64,000 nt of DNA from Elusimicrobiota bacterium. Its GTDB lineage: Bacteria > Elusimicrobiota > Elusimicrobia > UBA1565 > UBA9628. The DNA is taken from positions 3,425 through 67,424 of the forward strand of contig JBIOJO010000014.1 in NCBI GenBank assembly GCA_044450965.1, read 5' to 3'. The stretch's first letter is position 1, and each line of letters opens with the position of its first letter. Below the pieces are notes generated by a model. That model made no database searches. It was not told the DNA's origin and saw only the letters and a program-made list of their open reading frames with translations. Made by a program: the position numbers and the translations under genes. Positions 1-9,568 of the stretch are shown here, piece after piece.

Positions 1-1395
1 ATCCTGTCCGGCGGCCCCGACTCCGTCCACCGCGCCGGCTCCCCCCGGCCGGATCCGTTCGTGTTCGGCTCCGGCGTGCCCGTGCTGGGCATCTGCTACG
101 GCATGCAGCTGCTCGTCGCGATGCACGGCGGGAAAGTGGTTCCCGCCAAGAAGCGCGAGTACGGCCACGCCGATCTGGAGATCGTCGCCGACAGCCCGCT
201 GTTCGCGGACCTGCCCCGGCACCTCCAGGTGTGGATGAGCCACGGCGACAGCGCCGAGCGCCTGGACAACGGCTTCCGCGTGGACGCGCGCACCGGCTCG
301 GCGCCGTTCGCCGCGATCTCGGACCAGGGAAAGAACTGGTACGGCATCCAGTTCCATCCCGAGGTCGTCCACACCCCTCTGGGCTCCAAGGTCCTGGAGA
401 ATTTCGCGCGCCGCATCTGCCGCTTCGAGAAGCGCTGGACCATGACGTCCTTGCTCGACACCCAGGTCGCCGCCATCCGCGCCCAGGTGGGCGAGACCGG
501 CAAGGTGGTGTGCGCCCTGTCCGGCGGCGTGGACTCCTCCGTCGCGGCCGCGTTAATATCGCGGGCGATCGGACCGAGACTTTTTTGTATTTACGTCGAT
601 ACCGGCTTTGGACGTCACGGCGATCGGGAACGCGCGGAGCGGGTCCTCGGCCAGGAATTGAAGCTCAATTTGAAGATCGTGGACGCATCGAAGCTTTTCC
701 TGGGTCGCTTGAAAGGCGTTTCCGACCCGGAAAAGAAACGGAAGATCATCGGCAAGTCGTTCATCGAGGTCTTCGACAAGGAAGCCAAGCGCATCAAGGG
801 CGTGCAGTTCCTCGCCCAGGGCACGCTCTATCCCGACGTGATCGAGTCGGTCTCGGTTCACGGTCCGTCCGTCGTCATCAAGTCCCACCACAATGTCGGC
901 GGCTTGCCGAAAAAGATGAAGCTCAAGCTGGTGGAGCCCCTGCGGATGCTATTCAAGGACGAAGTCCGCCGCCTGGGCAAGGAAATGGACATCTCCCACG
1001 ACCTGCTCGGCGCGCACCCTTTCCCCGGCCCGGGCCTGGCCATCCGCGTGCTCGGCGCCGTGACTCCCGAGCTGCTGAAGACCCTGCGCAACGCCGACCT
1101 GATCCTCCGCGAGGAGCTCAAGTCCGCCGGCTGGTACGACAAGGTCTGGCAGGCGTTCGTGGTGATCCTGCCCTCCGTGCGCTCCGTCGGCGTGATGGGC
1201 GACGAGCGCACTTACGAGAACACCGTCGTCCTGCGCTCCGTGGACAGCCGCGACGGCATGACGGCCGACTGGTCGCGCCTGCCCCACGACCTGATCGCCA
1301 AGATTTCCAGCCGCATCGTCAGCGAAGTGAAGGGCGTCAACCGCGTCGCCTACGACGTGAGTTCCAAGCCTCCGGCCACCATCGAATGGGAGTGA
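1..1395 (+). CDS. guaA: GMP synthase (glutamine-hydrolysing), 5'-truncated by window edge
   Basis: Frame open from base 1 (ILSGGPDSV). GATase motifs GICYGMQ and QFHPEV, ATP-PPase SGGVDS, IKSHHNVGGLP, C-terminus KPPATIEWE. Confidence 0.98.
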   Translation: MLSGGPDSVHRAGSPRPDPFVFGSGVPVLGICYGMQLLVAMHGGKVVPAKKREYGHADLEIVADSPLFADLPRHLQVWMSHGDSAERLDNGFRVDARTGSAPFAAISDQGKNWYGIQFHPEVVHTPLGSKVLENFARRICRFEKRWTMTSLLDTQVAAIRAQVGETGKVVCALSGGVDSSVAAALISRAIGPRLFCIYVDTGFGRHGDRERAERVLGQELKLNLKIVDASKLFLGRLKGVSDPEKKRKIIGKSFIEVFDKEAKRIKGVQFLAQGTLYPDVIESVSVHGPSVVIKSHHNVGGLPKKMKLKLVEPLRMLFKDEVRRLGKEMDISHDLLGAHPFPGPGLAIRVLGAVTPELLKTLRNADLILREELKSAGWYDKVWQAFVVILPSVRSVGVMGDERTYENTVVLRSVDSRDGMTADWSRLPHDLIAKISSRIVSEVKGVNRVAYDVSSKPPATIEWE

Positions 1396-2285
1396 CATTG
1401 AGCTCGCCTGCATCGGTCGACATCCACGGTCTCCCTCTCCTGCGCCGCGGGAAGGTCCGGGACGTGTACGATCTGGGCGACAAGTTGTTGATCGTCGCGT
1501 CGGACCGTTTGTCCGCGTTTGATGTCGTTCTCCCCACGCCGATCAACGGCAAAGGAAAAATTCTCACGACGGCCGCGTTGTTTTGGTTCGGCCTGACCAA
1601 GGACGTCGTGAAGAACCATCTGATCTCCGCCGACTTCGAAACGATCCAGAAGGCGATGCCCAACGGCGTGAAGCTCGATAAAGCGTGGTTCGATGGGCGC
1701 ATGATGTTGGTGCACAAAGCCAAACGGATCGACGTCGAGTGCGTGGCGCGGGCGTATTTGGCGGGTTCCGGGTGGAAGGAATACAAACAAACCGGAATCG
1801 TCGGCGGTCATCGGCTTCCCGCCGGTCTTCTTGAAGCTTCGAAGCTGCCCGAAACGATTTTCACCCCGGCGACGAAAGCCGATGAGGGCCACGACGAAAA
1901 TATTACCCGTGAACAGCTCTCGGCTCAAGTGGGCCCCGAGCTCGCGGCCCAGCTCGAGAAACTGACCTTGAGCGTTTTTGCCCGAGCGGCGGATCACCTC
2001 GAAGATCGCGGGCTCATCCTCGCCGATACGAAGTTCGAGTTCGGATTTATATACGGTGAGCTTCGGCTCATCGACGAAATATTGACCCCCGATTCGTCTC
2101 GCGTCTGGGAGAAGTCCGACTGGAAGCCGGGCAAAACCCCGGATGGATTCGACAAACAATTCGTCCGCGACTGGCTGGAGCATTCCGGCTGGAACAAACT
2201 TCCTCCCGCCCCGGCGCTTCCCGTCGAGGTCGTCGAAGGAACGCTCGCGCGTTATCAAGATTTCCTGAAGAAGGTGACCAAGTGA
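1392..2285 (+). CDS. purC: SAICAR synthetase
   Basis: GTG at 1392 overlaps guaA stop (GTGA). Motifs RGKVRDVY, SDRLSAFD, DTKFEFG, DEILTPDSSR, FDKQFVRDWL. Confidence 0.96.
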   Translation: MTLSSPASVDIHGLPLLRRGKVRDVYDLGDKLLIVASDRLSAFDVVLPTPINGKGKILTTAALFWFGLTKDVVKNHLISADFETIQKAMPNGVKLDKAWFDGRMMLVHKAKRIDVECVARAYLAGSGWKEYKQTGIVGGHRLPAGLLEASKLPETIFTPATKADEGHDENITREQLSAQVGPELAAQLEKLTLSVFARAADHLEDRGLILADTKFEFGFIYGELRLIDEILTPDSSRVWEKSDWKPGKTPDGFDKQFVRDWLEHSGWNKLPPAPALPVEVVEGTLARYQDFLKKVTK

Positions 2286-2782
2286 GCGTCCGAGTCCAGC
2301 CGACGAACACCCATATGATCGAGGTCCGCCTGCGTCCGGAGCATTCCGACGCCGAGGGCGCCGCCGCGCTGCTTCTGCTGCAGGCTCAGGGACTCTCCGC
2401 GCTGAAGGAAGCGCGCGTGTCGCGCCTGTTCGAGATCAAGGGTCCGATTTCCGCCAACCAGGTCCTGCAGGCGACGAAGGACCTGTTGTGCGACGCCGTG
2501 ACCCAGGAATTCCGCGTCATCGCGCCGACGCCCGCGCCGATGAACGGCATGAACTTCTGGCGGGTCGAGGTGTGGCTGAAGCCCACCGTCACCGACCCCG
2601 TGGGCGAGACCGTCCGCGAGGCGATCGCCGACATGAGCCTGCCGCGGCCGGACGCCGTGCGCTGCGCCATGGTCTATCGCCTGGTCGGCCGCACCACCAA
2701 GGCCCAGCTCGAGAAAGCCGTGTCGAAGACCTTGGCCAACCCTTTGATCCATCGCGCCGTCGTCACCGAGGCCCACCCGTGA
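2282..2782 (+). CDS. purS: FGAM synthase PurS-like subunit with two tandem PurS repeats
   Basis: Lies between purC and purL with 4-nt overlaps. Two PurS-like halves (EVRLRPEHSDAEG...LLCDAV and EVWLKPTVTDPVG...LANPLI). Confidence 0.8.
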   Translation: MSVRVQPTNTHMIEVRLRPEHSDAEGAAALLLLQAQGLSALKEARVSRLFEIKGPISANQVLQATKDLLCDAVTQEFRVIAPTPAPMNGMNFWRVEVWLKPTVTDPVGETVREAIADMSLPRPDAVRCAMVYRLVGRTTKAQLEKAVSKTLANPLIHRAVVTEAHP

Positions 2783-5211
2783 GCATCCCAGCCGCCACCG
2801 ATAAATCCGCCGCCGACGTCCTGACCGTGTTGGGCAAGTCCCCCAAGGAGCTCCGCGCCCTGGGCGACGCCCGCCACCTGTCGCTCAACGACGCCGAATG
2901 GGCCGCGGTCCAGACTCATTTCAAATCCCTCAAGCGCGAGCCGTCCCTGGCCGAGGTTGAGACGATCGCCCAGACCTGGTCCGAGCACTGCAAGCACAAG
3001 ACCTTCACCAGCCCCATCCGCTACACCGAGGGCAAGAAAACCCGGACCATCAAGAACCTTTTCCAGGAGACCATCGTCGCCGCCACGGCCGCCGTCAAGA
3101 AGCCGTGGTGCCTGTCCGTCTTCGAGGACAACGCCGGCGTCGTCGCGTTCGGCAAGAAATGGGCGCTCGCCTTCAAGGCCGAGACCCACAACCATCCTTC
3201 CGCTCTCGAACCCTACGGCGGCGCCGAAACCGGCGTCGGCGGCGTGGTCCGCGACGTGCTGGGCTGCGGCCTGGGCGCCAAGCCCGTGCTCAACACCGAC
3301 GTGTTCTGCTTCGGCCGGCCCGACTACAAGGGCGCCCTTCCGGAAGGCGCCCACCATCCGTCCCGCACCTTGCGCGGCGTCGTCGCCGGCGTGCGCGACT
3401 ACGGCAACCGCATGGGCATCCCGACCGCCGCCGGCGGCATCTGGTTCGACGACGACTACCGCCTCAACCCCCTCGTGTTCGTCGGCACCGTCGGCATCCT
3501 GCCCCAGTGGGCCGTCAAGAAGGAAGTGCGGGCCGGCGACCTGATCGTCGCCGTCGGCGGACGCACGGGCCGCGACGGCCTGCACGGCGCCACCTTCTCC
3601 TCGGCGAACCTGGGCGCGGACGCCCCCTCGTCGGCCGTGCAGATCGGCCACGCGATCGCGGAAAAGCGCGTCCTGGACGCCCTTCTGCGCGCGCGGGACC
3701 GGAAGCTGTACTCCTCGGTCACCGACTGCGGCGCGGGCGGCTTCTCCTCGGCCGTCGGAGAGCTGGGCGCCAAGTGCGGCGCGCGCGTGCGTCTGGAAAA
3801 CGCGCCGCTCAAGATGTCCGACCTGGACAGCTGGGAGATCTGGCTGTCGGAATCCCAGGAGCGCATGGTCCTGGCCGTTCCCCCCAAGAATTTGAAGGCG
3901 CTGGAGGCCGTGTTCGCCGCCGAAGGCTGCGAGACCGCCGTCATCGGCGAGTTCACGCGCGACGGCCGCCTGCTGGTCACGCATCACGACGCGACGGTCG
4001 TGGACCTGGACATGAAGTTCCTGCACGACGGCCTGCCCCGCGTGGAGCGCGACGCCGTCTGGACCGCGCCCGCGTCGGCGAAGGCGTCCGGCGGCGTGGA
4101 AAAGAAGCTCTCCCTCGTCCTGCGCGAGGCCGTGGCTCACCTCAACGTGTGCTCCCGGGAATGGGTGATCCGCCAGTACGACCACGAGGTCCAGGGCGGC
4201 ACCGTGATCAAGCCCCTGCAGGGCGTGCGCCACGACGGGCCCGGCGACGCCTGCGTGATGTGGCCGCACGCGGCCACCGGCGACATGGACGATTTCTCGG
4301 GGTTCACCGTGGCCCACGGCCTCAATCCCGACTACGGCCGCATCGACCCCTACTGGATGGCCATGGCCTGCGTCGACGAGGCCCTGCGCAACCTGACGTG
4401 CGTCGGAGGCGACCCGTCTCGCGCCGCCCTGCTGGACAATTTCTGCTGGGCCAGCCCCGCGGACCCGCGCCAACTTGGCGCGCTCATACGCGCGGCCGAA
4501 GGGTGCCGCGACGCGGCGAAGGGATTCTCCGCGCCGTTCATCTCCGGCAAGGACAGCCTCTACAACCAGTCGAAGGACGAAAAGGGCAAGGAGCTCCCGA
4601 TCCCGGGAACCTTGCTGATCTCCGCCTTGGCGCCGGTCCCCGACGTGCGCAAATCCATCACCATGGACTTCAAGGGCCCGGGCAACGCTCTATACCTGAT
4701 CGGCCGCACGAACGACGAGCTGGGCGGCTCCCTGTACCACCGCCTTCTGGGCCGCGCCGGCGGCGAGCCTCCCAAGGTCTCTCCCGCGCACGCCTTGGAC
4801 GGCTTCAAGTCCCTCCACTCCGCCATCCTCAAGGGACAGGTGCTCTCCGCCCACGACCTGTCCGACGGCGGACTGGCGGTGTGCGCCGCGGAGATGGGCT
4901 TCTCCGGAGAGTTCGGCTGCCTGATCGACCTGGACGAGGTGCCCCGCGACCCGCGCATCTATTCCAACGAAACCTTGTTGTTCTCCGAGAGCCCCAGCCG
5001 CATCCTCGTCGAGGTGACGCCGGAGAACGAGAGCGCGTTCCTGCGCCACTTCGGCAAAGGCGCCAAATCGGCGTCGGTCCGCCGCGTCGGTCAGACCACC
5101 GCGAACCCGATCCTGAAGGTCGTCGGCCTCGACGGCTCGTCGATCATGGAAGAGCCTCTGAGCGACCTGAAGAACTTGTGGCAGAAGACGCTGCCCGGGA
5201 TGCTGGGATGA
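2779..5211 (+). CDS. purL: FGAM synthase subunit PurL
   Basis: GTG at 2779 overlaps purS stop. Motifs WSEHCKHK, KAETHNHPSALEPYGGA, DCGAGG, LSESQERM, ISGKDSLYN, SAHDLSDGG. Confidence 0.97.
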   Translation: MSIPAATDKSAADVLTVLGKSPKELRALGDARHLSLNDAEWAAVQTHFKSLKREPSLAEVETIAQTWSEHCKHKTFTSPIRYTEGKKTRTIKNLFQETIVAATAAVKKPWCLSVFEDNAGVVAFGKKWALAFKAETHNHPSALEPYGGAETGVGGVVRDVLGCGLGAKPVLNTDVFCFGRPDYKGALPEGAHHPSRTLRGVVAGVRDYGNRMGIPTAAGGIWFDDDYRLNPLVFVGTVGILPQWAVKKEVRAGDLIVAVGGRTGRDGLHGATFSSANLGADAPSSAVQIGHAIAEKRVLDALLRARDRKLYSSVTDCGAGGFSSAVGELGAKCGARVRLENAPLKMSDLDSWEIWLSESQERMVLAVPPKNLKALEAVFAAEGCETAVIGEFTRDGRLLVTHHDATVVDLDMKFLHDGLPRVERDAVWTAPASAKASGGVEKKLSLVLREAVAHLNVCSREWVIRQYDHEVQGGTVIKPLQGVRHDGPGDACVMWPHAATGDMDDFSGFTVAHGLNPDYGRIDPYWMAMACVDEALRNLTCVGGDPSRAALLDNFCWASPADPRQLGALIRAAEGCRDAAKGFSAPFISGKDSLYNQSKDEKGKELPIPGTLLISALAPVPDVRKSITMDFKGPGNALYLIGRTNDELGGSLYHRLLGRAGGEPPKVSPAHALDGFKSLHSAILKGQVLSAHDLSDGGLAVCAAEMGFSGEFGCLIDLDEVPRDPRIYSNETLLFSESPSRILVEVTPENESAFLRHFGKGAKSASVRRVGQTTANPILKVVGLDGSSIMEEPLSDLKNLWQKTLPGMLG

Positions 5212-5981
5212 AAAAACCGAAGATCCTGATCCTGCGCGCCGCCGGCACCAACTGCGAGCTGGAAACGGCCAACGCCTTCGCCGCCGTGGGCGGCGAACCT
5301 GATTTGGTCCACATCTCCGAGGTCAAGGCCGGCAAGAAGCGGCTCATGGATTACGGGGTGTTCGTCATCCCCGGCGGCTTTTCGTACGGAGATGATGTGG
5401 GCGCCGGGAAGGTGCTGGCCAATCAGATTCGCCACACCTTGACCGACTTGCGGCAATTCGTTCGACTCGGCCGCCCGGTGCTCGGGATTTGCAACGGATT
5501 CCAAGCCCTCGTGAAGGCGGGCATCCTGCCGCACTCCAACGCCTGCGACCAGATCGCCAGCTTCACTTTCAACGACTCCGGCAAGTTCGAGGCGCGCTGG
5601 ACCCATCTGCGCCTGAACACCCAGTCCTCCTGCCTGTTCTTCAAGGGCCTGCCCGAGATGATCGAGCTTCCCGTCGCGCACGGCGAAGGCAAGCTGGTCC
5701 TGAAGTCCCCGCGCCACCTCGAGGACCTGAAGAAGAACAAATCCATCGCCCTCCAGTACGTCAGCGAGGACGGCAAGCTGCTGGGCTACCCCAGCAACCC
5801 GAACGGCTCCTTGTTCAACATCGCGGGCCTCACCAACCCCGAGGGCAACGTGCTGGGCCTGATGCCGCATCCCGAGCGGTTCATCGAGATCCACCAGCAT
5901 CCGAACTGGACCCGCCAGACCTACCGCAAGCAGGCGGTCGGCCTGGAGATGTTCAAGAACGCCGTCGACCACGCCCGCTGA
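5208..5981 (+). CDS. purQ: FGAM synthase glutaminase subunit PurQ
   Basis: ATG at 5208. Motifs GTNCE, PGGFSYGD, GICNGFQ, AHGEG, NPNGS, GLMPHPER. Confidence 0.97.
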   Translation: MKKPKILILRAAGTNCELETANAFAAVGGEPDLVHISEVKAGKKRLMDYGVFVIPGGFSYGDDVGAGKVLANQIRHTLTDLRQFVRLGRPVLGICNGFQALVKAGILPHSNACDQIASFTFNDSGKFEARWTHLRLNTQSSCLFFKGLPEMIELPVAHGEGKLVLKSPRHLEDLKKNKSIALQYVSEDGKLLGYPSNPNGSLFNIAGLTNPEGNVLGLMPHPERFIEIHQHPNWTRQTYRKQAVGLEMFKNAVDHAR

Positions 5982-5988
5982 CGCGGGG

Positions 5989-7452
5989 CTAGTTGACCGG
6001 GATTCCGGCCCGCGCGAACAGTTCCCGGCCTTCGGACTGGATCGTTTCGGCGTCGCGCGGCGGCGTCCGGTCGCGGGTCCCCGCCAGGATCACGTAGGTC
6101 ACGCCTCCCGAGGCGCCGCCGATCTTCGGCGTCGGATCCATTCCCAACCCCACCGCGAGGGAGATGGAACCCCCGCCGATGACTCCGGGCGGTCCCAGGT
6201 CGCCGATGATCGCGTACAAGGTCTTCCCGCCGTACGTCACCGCGGCGTAGTCGCCCAGCTTCACGTTCGGATAATCGTTCTTGAACTTGCGCGGAATCAC
6301 GATGTACGGGATCTTGCCGGGATTGAGACTTTCCGTCTTCGAGTACTTGAGCGCGGTCGTGGCGCGGCCGGTCTTGTCCTTGATATACCAGCCGCCTGCG
6401 CCGTTGGGATCCACGTAGAGATCGGACGTGAACTCCACTCCCTTATAATCCCCGGCCTGGAGGTTCATGGTCTGGACCGTCTGACCCATCCCCTTTTTTC
6501 CGGCGAAGAAGAAGCCGCTGGGGGTGACGACCACCCCGTTGGAGCCGTTGGCGATCTGGGGCGCGCCGATGGTCGGCGTCAGGTCCGCCACCTGCTGGGC
6601 CCCGGGGTCCCCGGCGGACCCGTCCGCGGGGGACGCGGCCGGCGCCGCGACGGCGGGAGCCGCCGCATCGCCCGCGGGCGCGGCCCCGACGGAACCGGGA
6701 TCGCCCCCTCCGGACGAGGAGCCCAAAGACGGCGCCGCGCCGCCGTCCGCCGTCGCCGGGGCGGAGACCGTTCCGGCCGCCGCCGCGCCGGAGTCGGCCG
6801 CCGGAACGGAACCGTCCGGCGCGGGCGCGGCGGAGGGGGAGCCGGCGGGCGACACCGCGGGCGCGGGCGCGGCGACGCCGCTTCCGCCCCCGCCCAAATC
6901 GACCGAGGACGAGGAGTAATGAGACGCGCGCCGGCCCAGGTGATTCAAAGCCTTCATCGCGGGACTTGCGGGGGAGCCCGGAGGCGTCGACGGCGCCCCG
7001 CCGCTTCCGGCGGCCCGGAAAGCCGCCGGACCGCCACCGGACGACGACGATCCGGAAGAACCCAACTGCCATTGCGCCCCGCTTCCCGCCGCGCCGGCCG
7101 CGGCCGCTCGCGGCGCCAGGCCGCCGCCGGCCTCGCCCAACGAGGCTTGCGCTCCTTCGCCGGCGGACCAACGTTCGTCGGAGTCGGATCTTTTTGCGCC
7201 GAACGTCTCCGGCTCCGGAGCCGACAGGGCGGGAACGTTCACGGGAGCGTACGCGGGCGCGGCTGGACGGGAGAACAGGGATCCGAACGCGCTTTTCCCG
7301 TCCGACTCAGGCGCGGAAAGCGGAACGGCGGCCGACGGAGCCGCCGCGTCCGCGCCCGGCGCGAACCGGCGCCACGCCGTCCGCCCGCCCAGGCCGAGGA
7401 GGAGCGCGGCCAGGAACAGCCCGGCGTCGCGTCTCTTCAGCGAAGGTCTCAT
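5989..7452 (-). CDS. Membrane-anchored protein with long Ala/Pro/Gly/Ser linker and C-terminal GH75 (chitosanase)-like domain
   Basis: ATG at 7452 overlaps the upstream stop. N-terminal hydrophobic segment. C-terminal LNPGKIPYIVIP...LGDYAAVTYGGKTLYAIIGDLGP...GGGSISLA matches the GH75 pattern. Confidence 0.75.
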   Translation of the reverse strand: MRPSLKRRDAGLFLAALLLGLGGRTAWRRFAPGADAAAPSAAVPLSAPESDGKSAFGSLFSRPAAPAYAPVNVPALSAPEPETFGAKRSDSDERWSAGEGAQASLGEAGGGLAPRAAAAGAAGSGAQWQLGSSGSSSSGGGPAAFRAAGSGGAPSTPPGSPASPAMKALNHLGRRASHYSSSSVDLGGGGSGVAAPAPAVSPAGSPSAAPAPDGSVPAADSGAAAAGTVSAPATADGGAAPSLGSSSGGGDPGSVGAAPAGDAAAPAVAAPAASPADGSAGDPGAQQVADLTPTIGAPQIANGSNGVVVTPSGFFFAGKKGMGQTVQTMNLQAGDYKGVEFTSDLYVDPNGAGGWYIKDKTGRATTALKYSKTESLNPGKIPYIVIPRKFKNDYPNVKLGDYAAVTYGGKTLYAIIGDLGPPGVIGGGSISLAVGLGMDPTPKIGGASGGVTYVILAGTRDRTPPRDAETIQSEGRELFARAGIPVN

Positions 7453-8582
7453 TTCATTTTCTTCGGCGCGATGTGATCCACGGCCGCGGTCAGGCGGTCC
7501 TTCAGCGCGTAGATCTTGTCCAGGCGCTGGTTGATGCCGACCAGGACCGAGGCGTCGCCCGTGGCATTCTTCAGCGCGCCCGAGACCTGGCGCAGGATCG
7601 GGTCGAACTTCTGCGTCTGCTCGTCGGCGTAGCGCGGGGCGTACACGGCCTTGCAGGCCTTGCGGCGGATGTCGCGCATGTAGTCCTCGCACGCGGAGGC
7701 CGGCTTGCCCAGCAGGACGCGGCACAGGCCGCCGTAGCAGTCCGACTCCTTGCCCGACGCGTGCGCCGCGACGAAGCTCGCGTACTCCCGGCACAAGTCC
7801 TGGTCCGCCTTGTACTGCCAGGCGGGGCACAGCTTCGAGTCGCCCGTGGCCACGCCGATCATGTGCAGGATCTCCTCGCGCGGGGCGCCCGCGGGCGCCG
7901 CGGCGATGACCGGCTCCGGGTTCCCGTCGTAGGCGAACATCGCCTCGCAGAAGCGTCGCCGCGCGGCCGGGGATTCGAACTTGCCCCCGCGCTGGCGGTC
8001 GGACGGGTGCTCGGCCGAGCATTCCTTGATGAACGCCCGGTCCTTCATGACAAGATCGCGGTACATCGCGAACGCCGGCGCGGAACTGAAGCAACGGTCC
8101 TGCGCGGTCTGCTCCGGATGGGCGTGCGAGAGCAAATCCGGCGGCTCGACGGAGGCCTCCGAGCGGCATATGTCGGTGCTCCCCGCCGCGACGGCCTGGC
8201 AGATGTGGTAGCGCTCCCAATTGCTGGGATCATAGTCCTTGCTGTCGCTGCCGACGGCGGTGGCCAGCACGCCGCCCGTTCCCTTGGGGCCGGCGGCCTT
8301 CATGTCGCGCGAGATCGTGGCGGCCGTGACGCCTTCCGGGCAGAAGGACCCGTCGGCGCCGCCCTTCGACAAGCTCTCCACGCCGACGACGATCGCCTCG
8401 GCGGCCGCGATCTGGTCGTCCACGCGCTTGAGCTGTTCGGCGGCCATCGGCACCAGGGCGGGCGCCGCCGGCGCGGGGGCGGGCGTCGCCGGCTTAGGGG
8501 CGGGAGCGGCCAGCGCGGCCGAGGCCATGATCAGCGGAACGCAAAGCGCGGCGATCGCCGCCCGACGGCACGTTCGGTCCAT
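7449..8582 (-). CDS. Exported Cys-rich hypothetical protein (paralogue 1)
   Basis: AAGGAG SD before ATG 8582. Signal-peptide-like N-terminus. C-x10-C and C-x17-C-x4-CRxLL motifs. Confidence 0.8.
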   Translation of the reverse strand: MDRTCRRAAIAALCVPLIMASAALAAPAPKPATPAPAPAAPALVPMAAEQLKRVDDQIAAAEAIVVGVESLSKGGADGSFCPEGVTAATISRDMKAAGPKGTGGVLATAVGSDSKDYDPSNWERYHICQAVAAGSTDICRSEASVEPPDLLSHAHPEQTAQDRCFSSAPAFAMYRDLVMKDRAFIKECSAEHPSDRQRGGKFESPAARRRFCEAMFAYDGNPEPVIAAAPAGAPREEILHMIGVATGDSKLCPAWQYKADQDLCREYASFVAAHASGKESDCYGGLCRVLLGKPASACEDYMRDIRRKACKAVYAPRYADEQTQKFDPILRQVSGALKNATGDASVLVGINQRLDKIYALKDRLTAAVDHIAPKKMK

Positions 8583-8628
8583 TGTGATCTCCTTATCCGT
8601 CGAAATCATGGTAGCACAGTCCGGGCGC

Positions 8629-9444
8629 TCACAGCTTCGACCTCATCACGCTCCACTCCTCGTCGCTGGGCTTGAGCAGCGGAAACTCGCGCGTGCAGAA
8701 GATGCGCACGGCCTCGCGGCCGACGGCGCGGCAGGTCTTCTCCCCGTCGAACAGCGCCCGGCACATCAGATCGCGAGGCCGGCACAGCGACCGGTCGCGC
8801 GCGCGCAGCGCGTCCGCCGCCGCGCCCTTCCAATCGCATTCCCGCCGCAAGCCCCGGGATTCGATCCCGGCGCAGGCCCCGCTCCCGAGGAGGTAATTGA
8901 AGAACCCGCGCCGCACCAGTTCCGGCAGCCGGCCGGGGCGCAGGGCGCGGGAGTGATACACCTCGGAGGAAACGTCCACCAGGTCCTCCGCCTTGACCGA
9001 AGGCTCCGCGTTGAGCATGCGGCGCGCGTACGGCAGCAGGGAGTCCCGCGGCTCGCCGGCGACCAGCCCCGCCAGCAGCAGGTAGCCGGCGGAACGCGAG
9101 TCGCAGACGGTGTATTCGAACACCAAGTGGTTCGCCGCGTCGCCGCCGACGACCTTATAACGGCGAAGCTTCAACGCGGGAGCCGTCTTGGCGGCGGGGC
9201 CGCCCGGAAAATACGCGCACAGCGACGCTTCCTTCTTGACGAGCTCGGTGCAGGTGGCGAAATCGTAAAGGCCCTCGCGGGATTCATCGCCGAACTGATG
9301 GACGATCATGCCGTCGGGGGTGACCTCGCTCAGGCACAGGGCGCGCTGACGCTCGACGGGCAGGGCGGACAGGTTCTCGGACGCCGGGACGGCGCCGGCC
9401 CGCGCGGACGAGGCCGTGATGAGGAAAAAACACAAAGCGCGCAT
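8629..9444 (-). CDS. Exported Cys-rich hypothetical protein (paralogue 2)
   Basis: Signal peptide MRALCFFLITASSARA. Same Cys spacing as the neighbours. Promoter TTGACT-18-TACACT just upstream. Confidence 0.75.
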   Translation of the reverse strand: MRALCFFLITASSARAGAVPASENLSALPVERQRALCLSEVTPDGMIVHQFGDESREGLYDFATCTELVKKEASLCAYFPGGPAAKTAPALKLRRYKVVGGDAANHLVFEYTVCDSRSAGYLLLAGLVAGEPRDSLLPYARRMLNAEPSVKAEDLVDVSSEVYHSRALRPGRLPELVRRGFFNYLLGSGACAGIESRGLRRECDWKGAAADALRARDRSLCRPRDLMCRALFDGEKTCRAVGREAVRIFCTREFPLLKPSDEEWSVMRSKL

Positions 9445-9451
9445 GGGCCCG

Positions 9452-9481
9452 AGTGTAGCCTCCCCTCGCGGCGGGAGTCAA
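9452..9481 (-). promoter_or_regulatory. Sigma70-type promoter, probably leaderless
   Basis: TTGACT (9481-9476), 18-nt spacer, TACACT (9457-9452), then 7 nt to ATG 9444. Confidence 0.55.
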
Positions 9482-9568
9482 GGGGGGCGGCGTCTAGGTC
9501 TTTAGGCCCATATCGGATGGGCCCCGAGGACTCATGCCCCGCTGGGCCGGAATGCTTATTCTGTTCCC

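Noticed and set aside
231-1391. Long N-terminal extensions given by the ORF track for purC, purL, purQ, purE, purK, pyrE, purM, purNH, fur and others
   Set aside because: They overlap upstream genes in another frame. True starts sit at stop/start overlaps or just after -10 boxes.
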